Source: Chiloscyllium plagiosum (Eukaryota). Taken from it: 64,000 nucleotides of DNA. The DNA is taken from contig NC_057742.1 in assembly GCF_004010195.1 (NCBI RefSeq), positions 3,297,084 through 3,361,083 of the forward strand, read 5' to 3'. Shown here one piece after another: positions 15,184 to 29,657 of this stretch. Under the pieces are notes generated by a model. That model saw only the letters and a list, made by a program, of their open reading frames with translations. It was not told the origin of the DNA and did not search any database. Each line of letters starts with the position of its first letter. Within the stretch, counting starts at the first letter, position 1. Both the position numbers and the translations under genes were made by a program.

Positions 15184-16538
15184 CTAACAGCCGGCATTGC
15201 TTTTTCCTGTACTCCAAATCTACCACTAATTTCAACATAATGTCCAGAATATCCCCTTGACAGATACAATAAATTACTGTCGGAAACTAACTGATTACAA
15301 TCAATATAAAGTTTGTAATAATGCTTTATAAAGAAGACGGGGATAACTCTATATGGGGAAGTATTTAAACTGTTTACACAGCACTTAGAGGCCTGAGACA
15401 ACTGTCACTCAGTAGCATGTTGACTTTAATTTTTTTTATTCAACTAATATTTTAAACAAGGAAGCGCGTATTGGTTTAACAGCTATAATCCATTGATGGA
15501 TGATCATTGTCCTACATCTTCACCGCACTCTGCATTTGGTGAATTAATGTTATGTAACTTGAAACTGAGAGGCAGTTATAAAATGGATACTATTATTTGT
15601 TTTAAAGCACAACACAGTGGCTCAGTTTGTCTGAATGGTCGTGCAGGAAAGCACCAATCTCCAAATTCGGTAAAGATTCCCGAACTTAGCACTTCACCAA
15701 ATATTCGGAAGAAAAGGCGTTGAAAAAACCCCCTCTCTTGTTCAGTGGAAAATAATTGTTTAAATAGGAGAAAGGGCCACCTCCACCCCGACGCCCCCAC
15801 CCAAAATCAAACCATCCCTGTTTCACACCACCAGCACTGCCGTACCTCGTCCTATACAAGCACAAACTGCCGCATTGGTTCGACTGGACCAAAACAACGG
15901 TCGGCTGTACATTGAAGTAATTCCCATTGAATTGAAATATCTTTATAAATATTTAATGCTAGTTTTTGCGCACTTTTTGTAGCCTCCATTTGTCATCTTC
16001 TTACCATCCCTGATGTATTCCGCTTCAATCACCAAAAGCTATTCCCCCCACCCACCCCAGTTCTCACCAGCACCAACCCCCCTCTCTTTGCAGCCGCATC
16101 CATAACACCAAAAGCACATTGCAACTTATAAAAACAGAGAGGAACTTCGAATAGCAGAGAACTTGCAATGAATGGGAATGAGCAGAAAAAGAGGGCGATT
16201 TAGATCTCATGGGATCTTCCGAATTCAATACTGCTTTTGATAGAATTAAAAGTAGAGTTGGTGAAAATGTAAAGAAATAAGAAATTTTTTGTTGAAGTGT
16301 CCCACAATATAAAACTTTTCAGATCCTTATTTGATGTTTTATTTTCAGATAGATTTGGAAATTTATCACATGGAGCTAATAATATAAATTATAGTCAGCG
16401 ACTTGATTGCTTCTGGGGGGAGTGCATTGCATTTATACCCCTGTTTCGTGAACGTCATAAATGAGCACGACATCCTAATGCAATAAAGCAATTGACGGTC
16501 CCTCTAAGAGAATGCATTTTATGTGACTTTTCACATAC

Positions 16539-16938
16539 CTGAGCTCTTCATCCAAGGGTAGATCCGGAAGTTCTCGGACTGAGGGTCTGCCTCTCTTTGC
16601 TCCGACTTGCTGCAACTCTGCTTGCAAGAGTCCCCAGCGCCACACATCAGTGAGGAGAGGTTATGATCGAATGAAGAACAGTGCATGTTAAAGGAGTTCG
16701 CGTTGAGGCCATAAGGAGACGTGTACATGGTGGGGGACTGGTGGTGGAGGCTGTTAGCTGTGCTGTACAAACCCGGCACAGTGGCTGCGTAAGAAGCCGA
16801 CCCAGAGCCATAGCCCGACCGCTGGGAGTTTGAGGCAAAGGCGCAAGAAGTTGGTTCCGAAAAAACCCCCGATGGAAAAACAGAAGTTCCAGCTGTATAT
16901 TTCGAAAATAAAGCATTCGCATAATACAATGAACTCAT
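16539..16938 (-). CDS. hoxb7: Hoxb7 exon 1
   Basis: Runs [14 protein letters not shown] to [12 protein letters not shown]. Donor G|GTATGT. Exons of 400+236 nt give 211 aa. Confidence 0.96.
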
Positions 16939-16974
16939 AATTTGGCTGGTGATTTGTAGGCCGGGACGTTTCAG

Positions 16975-17095
16975 TGTCGGTTTTACGAGGTACGGTGATA
17001 TATTACGGAATTAGAGTCCAGATTTACACCAAAAGAACCCCCTTTTTCCTCCCGATGCACGTGATATTGGCACGTGACACAGCCGGCCAATGAGA
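16975..17095 (-). promoter_or_regulatory. Hoxb7 proximal promoter
   Basis: Two CACGTG E-boxes flank an ATTGG, followed by a second CCAAT box. A TTTTACGA motif lies in the leader. Confidence 0.6.
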
Positions 17096-18129
17096 ATCAG
17101 GCTACCCGCGGCTTCTTTGGATGATAAAAAAATTCTCTGATCTAAAGAAAAATTCCTGCATCCAAGTCATAATATGTCTAACTTTAAATACAAGGTGAAT
17201 GGGAGGCAATTTGAGTTTATAGGATTGGTCGATCGATTCTTTAGATGGGAATTTAAATAAATCGATTCGCTTTTTGTAGCTTGCATTCAGCTTCCAGTGG
17301 AAACACATTTGTCAAAACAGCTTTCTTTTGGTTCGGTTGCGCTCTAACATCGCGCACTGAATCCCAATAATCGATTTCTGCTTTAAGGTGGCTCGCTGGC
17401 CGGAGGAGAGTCCGAGGACGTGTCTTTCCAAATCTACACTGTAATCGCAATACTTACACAAACAAATTAAGCAGATATCTGCTCACTTTATTCGCCACAG
17501 CTGCTCCAGGACGAACTTCAACTTGTTCTATTTAAAAGGGGGAGGGGGAAGTGGGGTGGGAGGGAGTAAGGAATTATGAGTGCAAATGAGTCAAGTGAGC
17601 TGCAAACATAAACAGGTCACTAATAAAAAAGTCACAAAGACAAATTGAGTCAGGTGCGATTGCAATGTCTTATTGATATTTAATGCTCAGTTTTCAACAA
17701 TATTATCTATCCATCTGTCTGTTTGCAGACTGCACATTATATGCAAGTTATTTTTGCCAAATCTCCTCATTCAAGTAAAGTCAATTTAGAAAAGAAGCCG
17801 AGCAATTTCACAGTTCTTTTTTCTCTTATCAAGTTTATTGTACCCCTTTCCGCCGCTTGCATGTCCAAACAATAGTCTAATCTCGACTATAACATTAATG
17901 CATCACCAATCCTTCATTCCCACCGCCCCCCACCTCCCCTAAATAAAGCAATTCACGTATACAGTAGACTTTTCTCACAGTTAAAACTTAAAGACCAGTT
18001 TCTTCTTGTTTTGTTTTTCTTAAAAAAAAACAGTTTTTACTTCTGCACATGCCAATTTGGAGAAAGCAATAATATAAATACAACAAAGACCGTAAACAAT
18101 AACACAATCTAAAATCGCTAAAGCTTAAA

Positions 18130-18151
18130 TAGGCAGCTTCATGTTGTCGGG
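18130..18151 (-). promoter_or_regulatory. Extensively complementary miR-196 target site in the Hoxb8 3'UTR
   Basis: mRNA CCCGACAACAUGAAGCUGCCUA pairs 22/22 with UAGGUAGUUUCAUGUUGUUGGG, with G:U wobbles at miRNA positions 5, 8 and 19. Confidence 0.92.
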
Positions 18152-18527
18152 ATTTTCCTTTAAGCTAATGATTATTAGCTGAAGTAGTGCACACGGCTTA
18201 AATATTCTACAGCAGTATTTCAAATGACACAGACACACTAGAACATTGATCTATGAACTTCACATTAAATACTTTCACAAGAATTCACTTAGTACAGCGA
18301 GAGTGCTACGCAACCACATGTATATAGCTGGTAAAAAGTTGAAGTACTCGTTTTAATCTGCACCTCCATACATTTGCGCACAATATTGTGTATCAAACAG
18401 TAATCAGGAAAATTTGTTCTGCTCCTCGCACCCGCACTATTTAAAAACTGTCTACATTATTCTTTTCCTTCCCCCTCCCACGGATTAACATTTTGTGTTT
18501 TAAATTATTCGCATTATTTTATTGTTA

Positions 18528-18805
18528 TTAATCTTTCTCTTCGTCTTCTTTCACGTCCTTCTCCTTTGGAGTTTCCTCTATTTCGGATTTACTGCTGGGA
18601 AACTTGTCTTTGTTATTTTCCTTCTTCCATTTCATTCGTCTGTTCTGGAACCAAATTTTGACCTGTCTCTCGGTCAGTCCCAGGGCGTGTGACACTTCGA
18701 TCCGCCGTTTGCGAGTCAGATATGGATTGAACAAAAATTCTTTTTCAAGTTCTAGTGTCTGATAGCGACTGTATGTTTGTCTTCCCCTGCGACGTCCTGC
18801 AGCTA
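18528..18805 (-). CDS. hoxb8: Hoxb8 exon 2 (homeodomain)
   Basis: Encodes [73 protein letters not shown]...EEKD*. Tandem acceptor cctag|tag| (alternative start 18802). Confidence 0.95.
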
Positions 18806-19191
18806 CTAGGAAACAGAGAGGGGGAAGAGAGAGAGAGGACCAAGAGAAAAAAAGGCTAAATGAGGCTTTGTAGTTATACGGAGGGCTCTAAAACAAGATT
18901 CAAACACTGTTGAACAGTATTCAACACCGTAGGAAAAATACGCCATAAAACTGCAATAAAACTGCAAACAGCATGCAATATACCACCCTTAAAAAACCGC
19001 TCCAGGATCATTAAAGTATAAAGTAATTTACAAGTACCGAACTTTAGAATCATAAAACACTAAAGTTGCAACGTTTCTTTTATTGGCTCAGGAAATGAAC
19101 CTTTCTGCGTTTTAAAATGCATGTGTGTGTATTATCCCTCTCCTTTCTGTCTGCCTCTTTCTTTTCTTGCTGGCCCATGTCAAAGCCTCAC

Positions 19192-19618
19192 CTTGCGGTC
19201 TCATCCACGGAAACAGCTGTGTCGGGGATGAACTCTGCTCTGAAATCTCTGCTTCTTCTCCTAGGCTGGTAGCCGTCGACTTGCAGTCGGGATATTGGAT
19301 CAGTTCGGCCTCTTGTTGGGCAGCGAAAATTGGCTGCCTTTGCAGGGCATCGTAGCTGTAGAAACTGCCGGCATCCCCGTGACACGTCACCGCACACGGA
19401 TTTTGCTGGTAGGCGGAGGTGGAGAGGGTAGCGGCGCCGTGGTGGTAAAAATCCTGGATCTGGCCGGGATGCTGGAAGCTGCCCCCGGTGCCGGGTCCAT
19501 AGACCACGGTGGGTCTGCCGCCCAGGTCCTGGGTGAAACCACAGTCATAATAATTGGGGCGCAGCGTCTCCCCACTTTTATACTTGGAAAACAGCGAATT
19601 GACAAAGTAGGAGCTCAT
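19192..19618 (-). CDS. hoxb8: Hoxb8 exon 1
   Basis: Runs [28 protein letters not shown] to [12 protein letters not shown]. Donor G|GTGAGG. Exons of 427+278 nt give 234 aa. Confidence 0.96.
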
Positions 19619-22600
19619 TGGGAAGGACTAAGATCTTTCTGCTCAACGGATGGAACTTAGTGTTTGGTAATCAGACAAGCAAACAAGCCAAGATTTTTTA
19701 AAAATTAAACCTTCATCTTATTGATCTCAACAAATAGTGTCCTGGCATCACATCTTCGTGAAGAGGTTCACTCATAAACAGTTTTCTGTGATTTACTTCA
19801 GCCCAAATGAGTTGTTTCATATTTTGCCGTCTCTTTTCATGATAATTTGCATTTATTACCTCAACCACGTCCTATTGGCTTCGCTTACTCCGTATGGACA
19901 CTGCACCGTGTGAAAAGGGAATGGTTCGAGAGAGAGGGAATGAGAGAAAGATAGAGAGGGGGGAATATGCGGATTAATATATTCAACCATGTTCATTACC
20001 GGGATATCAGCCGCTTTACAACAGATGAAATACATACGCCACCAAAAGATTGATAAGGGGAAGTATCCACGCTGTTGTGAAGTAAAGGATAGACATTCAG
20101 ACGTTAATTTCCAAACCATTTAATGAGAATATGCGTCTCTTTTAAAGGTCAGAGTTACATCAACAAGACGTGGAAGTACTGTACCAATCCGAAAATCTAA
20201 TTACTATCAACCGTGGATCTAATTGCTATTTTTCCTTCCAAGTTATTGCAGTGCAGCGACAACTCAAATGGCACACAAAAGCAAATTATTTGGATTTTTA
20301 AAAAAGTTTCATCTGAAGGAATTTTGAAATCCAGTAGTATTTAACAATTTAATGACCCGTTTTCCTATTATTAATAAAGCCTTTTAACTGGTACTTGGAC
20401 GGACCCTAGAACAGTAACAGTCATCTGAGAACTATAGGAAAGAGATTAAGGAACTATAACGCGTAATAAAAGCACAGCCTGTTATTGTTTATAACATGCA
20501 GTGAACGGCAGTTAGGGTTTTTACGAGAGGCTCTGTGCGGAGCAGTAAAACATAGATTTTGCGAAGCTAGCGTGCCATTCCGTTTGCTATTTTAAATATG
20601 AACCGCTTTTACACAAAATAATGTTCCTGGTGCAAATACATTGTGGATTATTTGCTATTGGACAAGAACATACACATCTTATTCAACCTAATTTGAAGAC
20701 TTTTCTTTTCCAATCCAGATGCAAAGGCTTTCCAGTAAAAAAGGGGTGCACTGCTTCCAAATAAAGGTGCATGGCTCTGGATTAACTCACAGCTCACTAA
20801 AGGCGCGCATGAACTTGCTTCGAAAAGATCTTCTTAATCAGAAAATCCTATGCATCGATTTCGTAAATATGCATGGGTGTGCATAGTTGAAATAATTTGC
20901 AAACTGCATTCAAAACTCGAGTGTAAACTTAAGAGAAAGTATTGTGATTTCTGCTCATTCTTTCAAACTGACCATTTGGTTTTAAACCACTAACGAAGCG
21001 CCACAATAATGACTGATAGCGAATCTGCATTATTTTTGAGTTTCTTGGTTTATCCATGACAATTGAAAGCAAGGTATTTCCTGAACTAATAAGGAAGCTG
21101 ATATTGTTATGCTGAACCATTTTACTATCAAATGTTTGATAGTTTGATTTTCTGAAGTAGACAATCGATCTGTCTCACCTTGCCAGATCTCCCAAAGCTG
21201 ACTAAATCTAATCCCGCATTTCAATTCTCACATTTTTGGGGGACAGTACTCGGAATGTCCATTTATAACCACAAGACTCAACCAAATCAAAAGAATTTGC
21301 ACGTCCACGGTATAAACGTTAGTCAAAACAGAAATCTGTACAATGTAAAGTGTAAATAATGCTGTTAGATGCTTATATCAATGCAAGTTCATCCGAATAC
21401 AATAGCAACCAACATAAGATTCAGCAATCTCTTAACTTTGCAAATGCCTACACGGATTATGCATCTTTCAATCATCTGGTCTCTCCTAACTTAATGTTAA
21501 TTTGTCGATCCCTAATATTTAAAACAAACAAAATAGTATTCACGTATAGCTTCTCAAACGTCTGGGTTGCAGAAATACTGATAATTCTTGGGCTACAGTT
21601 TTCCACTCTTCAGTAATATTATGGGATACGTCATCTGGCGAGAAAATGAACGTAGTGGCATTGTAAAAGTATTATCGACCCAAAGTTACTGTGCAGCTGA
21701 GGTAATAAAGTAGTGAAACACACTGATAAGAAAATTTTATTAACTTGGTGCACGTGTAGCCTGTGGACTATTGTCAACTGATCAAATAACACTGAATACG
21801 AGCATTGTGATAAAAGAAGTCTGGAATGTGAAAACTTCATCAATTTGCCAAAACAAAAAAAATCGATCAATGAAAGTTAATATTTTTAATTTTTTTCTCT
21901 AATAAGTGGAATTGGCCTTCTGAAAAAGAACTGTTCGCAATACGACTGAGTGGAATCAATCGCTTAATAATCGATCAAAAGTCTCCTCTTGAAAAGTTTG
22001 TCTTCTCTGCCCATAGGTGCTCCGGGTTACTTTAGCTCAGATGAAAATCTTTACATTTTTTTCACTGCACATTAAAGGACAAACTTCCGACTGTATACTA
22101 ACTTTTACTTTCGTTTCTAGTAGTGGTACTTGGTGTTGTGGTCTATAACCACTTATATCTTGTTGCAATTTGGCACAATGTTGCCAGCGTTAGATAGAGT
22201 AGACCTGGAGTTTCATTTAAAGTGACAAAAATGTTTAAAAATCTAATTTGGATGTAACATACACTAACATACACGTTCTTAATAAATCAGTTGAAGCATC
22301 AAACAAACATGTTTAGGCACGATCAGCTAGTTCTTTGATATTCCAATTGCTTCATTGACTGAAAATTCTGTGAGATTTTAAGGGGAAAGGAATGATTTCT
22401 GACGACAAAACTAAACGAAGTCTACAACTTGCAGCCTGTCCGGTCTGTGAGGACCCACGTGATTGTTTTATTTGGTTCTAAAGCTGTGATGTCTCTGCAT
22501 TGCTTATTTAATATTGTTTTTATCCGTGTTTTAATATGTTCAATCTCTTTATCAGCAATGTGATTCATTTTATGGGTGTAGTTCCATTTTATTGGAAAGC

Positions 22601-24618
22601 ATTCAAATATATTTCCTAAATGTAACTATAAATGTGTTCACATATTGTGAAGAAATTTGAAAATCTCCATCTATAAATCTCTCTCGAAGCACATATGTGT
22701 TGTATACATATGCACACACATCGTACGTAATATGATATTCCAAGTACCTACCATGAATGTAAATACATTTTTTTAAAAATCTGATGTTAATTGCAAACCT
22801 ACAAAGAAAATAAACTCGTCGTAGGTACCGTTTGTTTCCACAGGAGTTTTATTCTATTTCACCTCTGCTTGCAGTCAAAACTGATTATTCACGTTTAAGT
22901 TTTCTAGTCTTCCGATAAATATGGAACATCACAGCGAGATATAATATTACAAATGTTAATACTGATCCTTTAGTTTCATTCTTCATTCATACATAATCTA
23001 TGACTGATACAGAAAATTAGTTGTGCAAATATTATGGACATGTTCATGTATCTATGCATCTAAATTGTTCTTCCTCAATAACTTGATACTTTTTTGATAC
23101 TTTAAACTGACACATGCAATCGTTCTGCAGTTTAAACTGAAATTCATAGAAAACCGACATCTTTGTAAGTGAAAAGATAGCCAATCTGCAGAGCATTAAA
23201 ACCTAAAACCATATGCATGCTTTATTTCAATTCACATGCTACATGTACAGGCACAGAAGTGAAATTAAAAGGTGCCCACATACGCAAACATCTCCATTCA
23301 TTTGCGCATTAGTGCGCGGGATTCCAATTGTAAAAACATAATCTTGTTTATTTTGTATGTTTACCTAATCACGTGTCTTTAATTCTTGCGAGAATAGTGT
23401 GAAACTTTACTGAATCAAAAAATAAATTGTCACCAAATATTTTGACATTTTCTCCTTGAGTTAAATTCTGTTTTAAGTGAAATCACAATGAACATGACAC
23501 TTAAAAAGTATTCCTGCAGGAAATCGAGACAAAGACTGAAATGAAACTAATATGAACAGTGATGGAGACAGAAGTAAAGCTTTGGTTTCATCAGGGCGAA
23601 ATTTCAGTTTTTAATATAACGTTTCTATTCCATTATACGGTTACATAAATCGTTCTGTTGATAGATTAAAAATAGACTGCAGTTCGATTTAAATACGGAA
23701 AGAAACTGAAAAGAGGGTGGTTACCTAAATGGTACAAATAAAGCAAAATCAATAAAACCTGAGAAAGAATAGATCAGCAAGGTCTGGAAACCAGTCAGGA
23801 AGAAATATCCATACAGATTGTCATTATGCTGAAAATGTGTGGTGCACAGTTTGTTGAAAGGAAGACAGTCACACAAACAATAATCAGTATATGTACAGCA
23901 GCCCAGGATGAATTCAATCTAAAAGCATGTGCACTGGGATGTGAGAAATGTAACGAGTTTGAAAGTTCATTTGGAAGCTAAGTATCTAGAAATTTCAATG
24001 TACACTTCAAACATTTTTCGATATAACTAATTATCATAAATAAATAGTGCAATAAATTGTTTTCCCAATACATTTATCCTTTGAAAGTAGCCAAATTCGA
24101 ATCAGACACATCGCTTGTTAGGTATTTAGTTTGTGAGAATGTGCATTTAAAAGTGTGAATGCCTGACATTTTACATATTGCCCAAGTGTAACAAACCTCG
24201 CGATTTTTCGGTAAATGAACCGTCTTCCTTTTTTAAAATGACTTTAGCCTCAAACTATAGACTATGCAACCGTAAATAACGGACTTATTTGTTCTGTTAT
24301 CTTCTCAGGTTTATAGAGCAGTTTGAAAATAATACAACTGCATAAAATCTGGTTCGAATAAATAAATTGCAATTAGGATATATTTCAAATTGACAGAATT
24401 GACATTTGGCACCCAAATGTTATGCAAACAATTGAATGGAGCTAAATATAAAAGAGATTTTTTTTTAAAAAAATGAAGATTTAATCTTTAAAAAATTTGA
24501 GCGAGTAATCCAGGGGAAAGAGGAAAGCTGTATGTTTCTAATATGTAGGTTGTATCTATTGAATCTCGGATTGGTAATATAGCTGCGGAATCCCCATGAC
24601 TGTGTTTGGTGGAACAAT

Positions 24619-24633
24619 GCTGCCACCTACTGG
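24619..24633 (-). promoter_or_regulatory. CTCF-binding motif between Hoxb8 and Hoxb9
   Basis: Minus strand reads CCAGTAGGTGGCAGC, with the same core and orientation as the 4759 site. Confidence 0.75.
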
Positions 24634-27600
24634 ACATCGGACGAAGCATTTGGGACTTCTAAAAGAGCGGTGGAAAAAAAAGCATGAGTAAATATGCGCA
24701 ATATCTAACATCTGACTTTAAAGAAATCATTAGACCCAAACGGTGGCAAAGAAAGAAGGTATCAACTCTTTAATTCCATCGGCAAACACAATCAGACATT
24801 ACCAGAATACCACATCTTTGGTATAGTGCCGCAGCGGATTGCTAACAACCTGAATTCCTGAGGGCAGTAAAGAAGGGGAAGAAGAATATGAAAGAAAGAA
24901 AAAGGAGGGAAAGAAAGCTTTCAGAACTCTATTGTCTCCGAGTCGGAGTCTAAACAATTGGGCATTCTGCTTTAGAATAAAGTCCCAGGCATGGGCGCGG
25001 AGTTGTAAACATATCCAAAGACCCTGCTCCAGACGTCTCGCCAGACTCTGTATAGGTTTTTATTGCAGCAATTTCTGGCAGCCTGAAATGGTAAGGAAGT
25101 AGAACAAAAGAGGGCGTCGCTTGCTTCAGAGTCTAAAAAGCATGTTGGTTACACCACAACATTCACCACGATTTTCCCTTTAAAAAAGTTACAATATACA
25201 TCCCCACAGAAATAAAACGCAAAGCCATATTTTTACAGCTTAGCACCTCCAGTTGTGAGTTTAATCTAATGGGTTCTGAAAGTTTTCCCTTTGCTGTGTT
25301 TGTTTTACAGACATTCAATTCTTAACCTTCAGAAATTTATACCCTATAAACTTTTACAACGGTCATATTATTTTATTGCAACACACCACACTGAATTTCC
25401 TATAATGACAGACAACTTCCTAACTCCTCCTCCAACGTACTAGGCTCATTTCTGCTTTCCCCTTGCATGTGTTTGTGTCTCGTGTGCTTGGCGAATAATG
25501 TTGAACTGGATATAACTTACAGAATTATGTTAATTCTATTATACGACACGCTGATACTGTATTTATTTTGTTCCAAACCAGTAAAAGAGGTTGTAAACGG
25601 CTGCATAACGTTGTCTCCGATATAAAGGTACTAAAACATCTAAACATAGATTTGTTTTGTTTTGCTATGGCCTTAGACATCCATGGCAGCCGTTTTACTG
25701 AACCAACCTCAAGAGAACGCTTTCAAGTTGACGAGCGCCCTTCCTCCTTTCTAATTATCCCATGTTGCGTTGCTAACTGTAAGATGGCGAAAATAAGCAA
25801 AACCGACTAAAAACGCATTTTACCCTGAACATTCGATTAAATTGATGGATATTTCTTTCGAGGATGGTAAAATGGGGCATCTTCCAAGCAGATTTCCACA
25901 TTGGACCATGTTTTTTTTTGTGTAGGGGTTTAGAATGTTTCGGCTAAAGCTGTTTAATTAAAATGTCCACAATACTTGTTTGTGGGCAGATTTATCCAGA
26001 AACATTTTATAATTGATTGTAATATTTCATTTCGTTTCTGTTGTTCGTTATTTGCTATTCATCGGTGTAATATATGGCACATGTTTTGATAGATTTCTGC
26101 ATTCATTCATTTTTTCATCTTGCAATTCTCATCTATAATGTCGATATATGTATACCTATATCTACAAATGTGTGGAGATACGTACATGCACATATAGGTA
26201 GATAGACATAATGCAAATGCAGGAAAAAAATAACGGTTTTAAAATAAAAATCATTTTACCTGCTTAATAGGCAGGGGAGACCTAAGCCTTTTGAAGACAG
26301 TAAGAGTGCTCAAATTATGTCTCACAAGTTTCAAAATTCAACTTGAATATGTCAATTGAGGGACTATTCATTATCAAACGGTTATAATAGTGAACAATGC
26401 AAATAAACCGGCAGGACGTAGATAACAGATCATTGTTTCTTCTTAATGGTTTATGTAAATTCTGATAGAACATGTTATCTCCTGCATGTGAAAATAAATG
26501 AAAATCTACGTTGGAATTGTCGATATAATTTATATTACTTCAAAGCTGCGAGGCATAAGATTCATTACGTGCAAAAGAAATGGGTTCACACATTTTATGA
26601 TATGTACTGGACATTAAAATATGCAAAGCAACCAGCAATATATAGAACGGGGCATTTTGTTTATAATTTGCATTAGGCACATTTCATAATTGGGCCAAAA
26701 GAACACGAAACTCCCAATATTTCAGATTCTGAGATAATAAACTCATGGAAAGTAAGAGAACAACTTACTGGATGCGAACTAAATCCCCTGGAATTCACGT
26801 GAAGCATGAGCTTTTGCATTTCATATCCACCCCAACAACTTGAGTTTATGTTTCATTCGGTGAGGCGATTCTTCATGAGACGGAGGTATTTTTATTTAAC
26901 GTTATTTACGGAAACACATTGCCTAGTTCCATGCTTCTTCTCAGCAGTTGCATGCACCCAGAGCCTCTGTGCCTCTCTATTGACGACACGCCACTGTGCC
27001 CACTCTTGGAGAGGATTTATCGGGAGAATTGAATAAAATACTGTTTTTTTTGTCGGTATGTCCAGCATAATCAGGGGTCTTGTCCCTAGAAATGGCCAAT
27101 GGTTTATCAGATAAATGATTTGGTTTTGTTGGGATTTTAGAAATCGACTTTATTTTCAGGGTTCTAAATACGTCTTTTCAGTTTCTAGTAATTATTCGAC
27201 GATCTTATTTAATAAATAGAACTATTCTCCTTTGGTTTAATGAATTTTCAGGCATCATTGACAGAACGAGGTTTATGTCCACAACCAAGAATAAGACAAG
27301 ATTTTAAACAGTAGACGCAAGGTCGGGGGGAAATTGCGTTTCCAAACTTTCAGCAGCATTTTATTTTGCAGCTTTTTTTAATACATTCGTATATTTACAT
27401 CTAATAATCATGTTAGGTGTACATAGAACGGTGGATTCAAAATATTTGATTCCATTCAGCGGGTTTAATTTATAATTAACGTTAATAAATCACATTAGAA
27501 TAGTGCAAGCCTGCGCCGCTGACGTCGGAGAGCTCCGGAATGAAATAACTAAACCTGAAGGTCAGCAGGAATTTGGATTGTTAAAAATGTAAAACGGTTA

Positions 27601-28712
27601 GTTCATTTAGCTTAAATGTAAAATCGGGACAAACCTACAAAATCCGCGGATATAAATACCAGTTTCACATTGGACAGGTTGTCATCAGAAGTGTTATTAT
27701 TCCTAAAATGTATTCTTTTGAGCTGATCCTTGTTGCCAACCTCCTTTTGTGCAATCTAGTCTGTAATCATAATTCGTCAGATATTCCTACATTGTTTTAT
27801 TTCTAAAATGTCACGAGGTTCTATACGGCAGATCATTAAATTTTCGCTTCGACAGTTGGACATTCTTGCTGAAATATTAGAACATTTTCAAAAACTATTC
27901 ACGTGGTAACAGTTACCAATAGTTGGACAAACACTTAGCAAAGGTGATCGCTACCAAATTAAACCGTAGGAGCATCAGACATTGAAAGAAAATGCCAGAT
28001 CCACATTCACTCAAACACGCAGACTAAGGGATACAGAAATCAGAATGGGAAACTAAACTATCGCTTGGTTTAAACAGTAGTCACAATTCCACTGAAACAA
28101 GCAAATGCTCAAATCAAAGAAATACAGGAATCATGGAAACAGCACTTAATTCAACCGCGATGTGATGTCTTCAAAATGGATTATAAACCTTCGACTTTTT
28201 GCATGTAAACTGTTGCAAACATGTCATGTTAACTCATTGCCGCCAACAAAGTCCCAAAAATTTAATCGCAGCTGAACAAGGATCCTTTTTGTAAAGCGTT
28301 GCTTTGGAGCGCGGTCCATCCTGGTCCCGCGTGAAAGGCCAACACCAAAGCATTGACAGAAATTGTAGCAATTTATAAATAACACGAAGTTTTTTTTTAA
28401 GTCATAAAGAGAGAAAAGGTGGCGAGAATAAAAGCACTCTGCTCTCTCTGGCTGTTAGAGTGGATGAGAATGGGAGGAAGTTGTATTTCTTAATATCCTG
28501 CAATAAAATTCTTTACACGTGACTCTATTCCCTGAATGAATGCACTAAAATGTTCGAAATAAATAGCCGAATTGCTGGATGTTTAAACCTTACTTTCTGA
28601 TCATTCTTTGCTGTGGATGCATGTTGGCTTTCTCAGAACTACAGTCCTTAAAGGATAAATTGCAGAGACAGCAAAAACCGGCTACGCGCTAAAGTTAAAT
28701 CTCAATAGCTCG

Positions 28713-28954
28713 TCACTCGAACTCTTTTACATGCTCCTTACTGAGTCTTTTCATCTTCATCCTCCTGTTTTGAAACCAGATTTTGACTTGTCTTTCAGTC
28801 AGGTTCAGAAGACGGGCTACTTCGTGCCTCCGGTCCCTGGTGAGGTACATGTTGAACAGAAATTCCTTTTCCAGCTCCAGGGTTTGATATTTGCTGTAAG
28901 GACATCTTTTCTTCCTTGTAGAGCGGGCATGCAACCAATTTGCAGAAGGATTGC
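28713..28954 (-). CDS. hoxb9: Hoxb9 exon 2 (homeodomain)
   Basis: Encodes [80 protein letters not shown]. Acceptor tcttcag|GC. Confidence 0.96.
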
Positions 28955-29657
28955 CTGAAGATGAGTGAAGGGGAAAATAATCGGATAAGAATAAGAATTA
29001 TATTAGGATCTTATCTTTTAGATGCATTTCTAACATTACAGTGCTTATGGGAGGATTCTTTCACCGTTGTATCGACCTAGCTAGACCTAGTTAAGTGTGT
29101 CTGTGTGTGTGTGTTATATTCAATACTCCTAAGCGTTTATCCATTAGTAAAATACGTTACTGAACTGAAAATTGTTGGGCGGTCTGGAGTTGTAAAGGCT
29201 TCATTTTGTTTTTCATTATCACCGTTGCAATTTAGAAGCAAATTGAAGCCGACTGCACTGCATAAAATTGCTTCCTATCTCCCTTCTCCGCAGCTTCATA
29301 TAAAATTGGCATGGCGCACATTTTGTTTCTTGGGTTCATAGTTTTTCAGGAGATTAGTTCAAACGGAAAATAACAAGAGTGAATACGTTTTATTTATTCT
29401 TTCATTTATTTATTGCCTCGTAGAAGATAAACTGGCGAATCCGCCATTAAGGGTTTGCAGGTGTTTACTTGTGTAACCCATAAAATAGAACGGAGGCGCA
29501 TTAAATAACAAGCAACATAAAACCAGTTAAATACTTGAGGCTAAATTGGGAGTAAACTACCTTCTAATTGGAACCTGACTTCAATCGCGTTTTTTTGTAC
29601 GAGCTTTATAAACTACTTTCATTTGGATAAATCGAGTAGATTTCTCGAAATACTTAC

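Noticed and set aside
19295-19660. Antisense and alternate-frame ORFs over Hox exons (also 3958-4428, 29667-30131, 14827-15093)
   Set aside because: These are shadow ORFs explained by the codon structure of the real exons.
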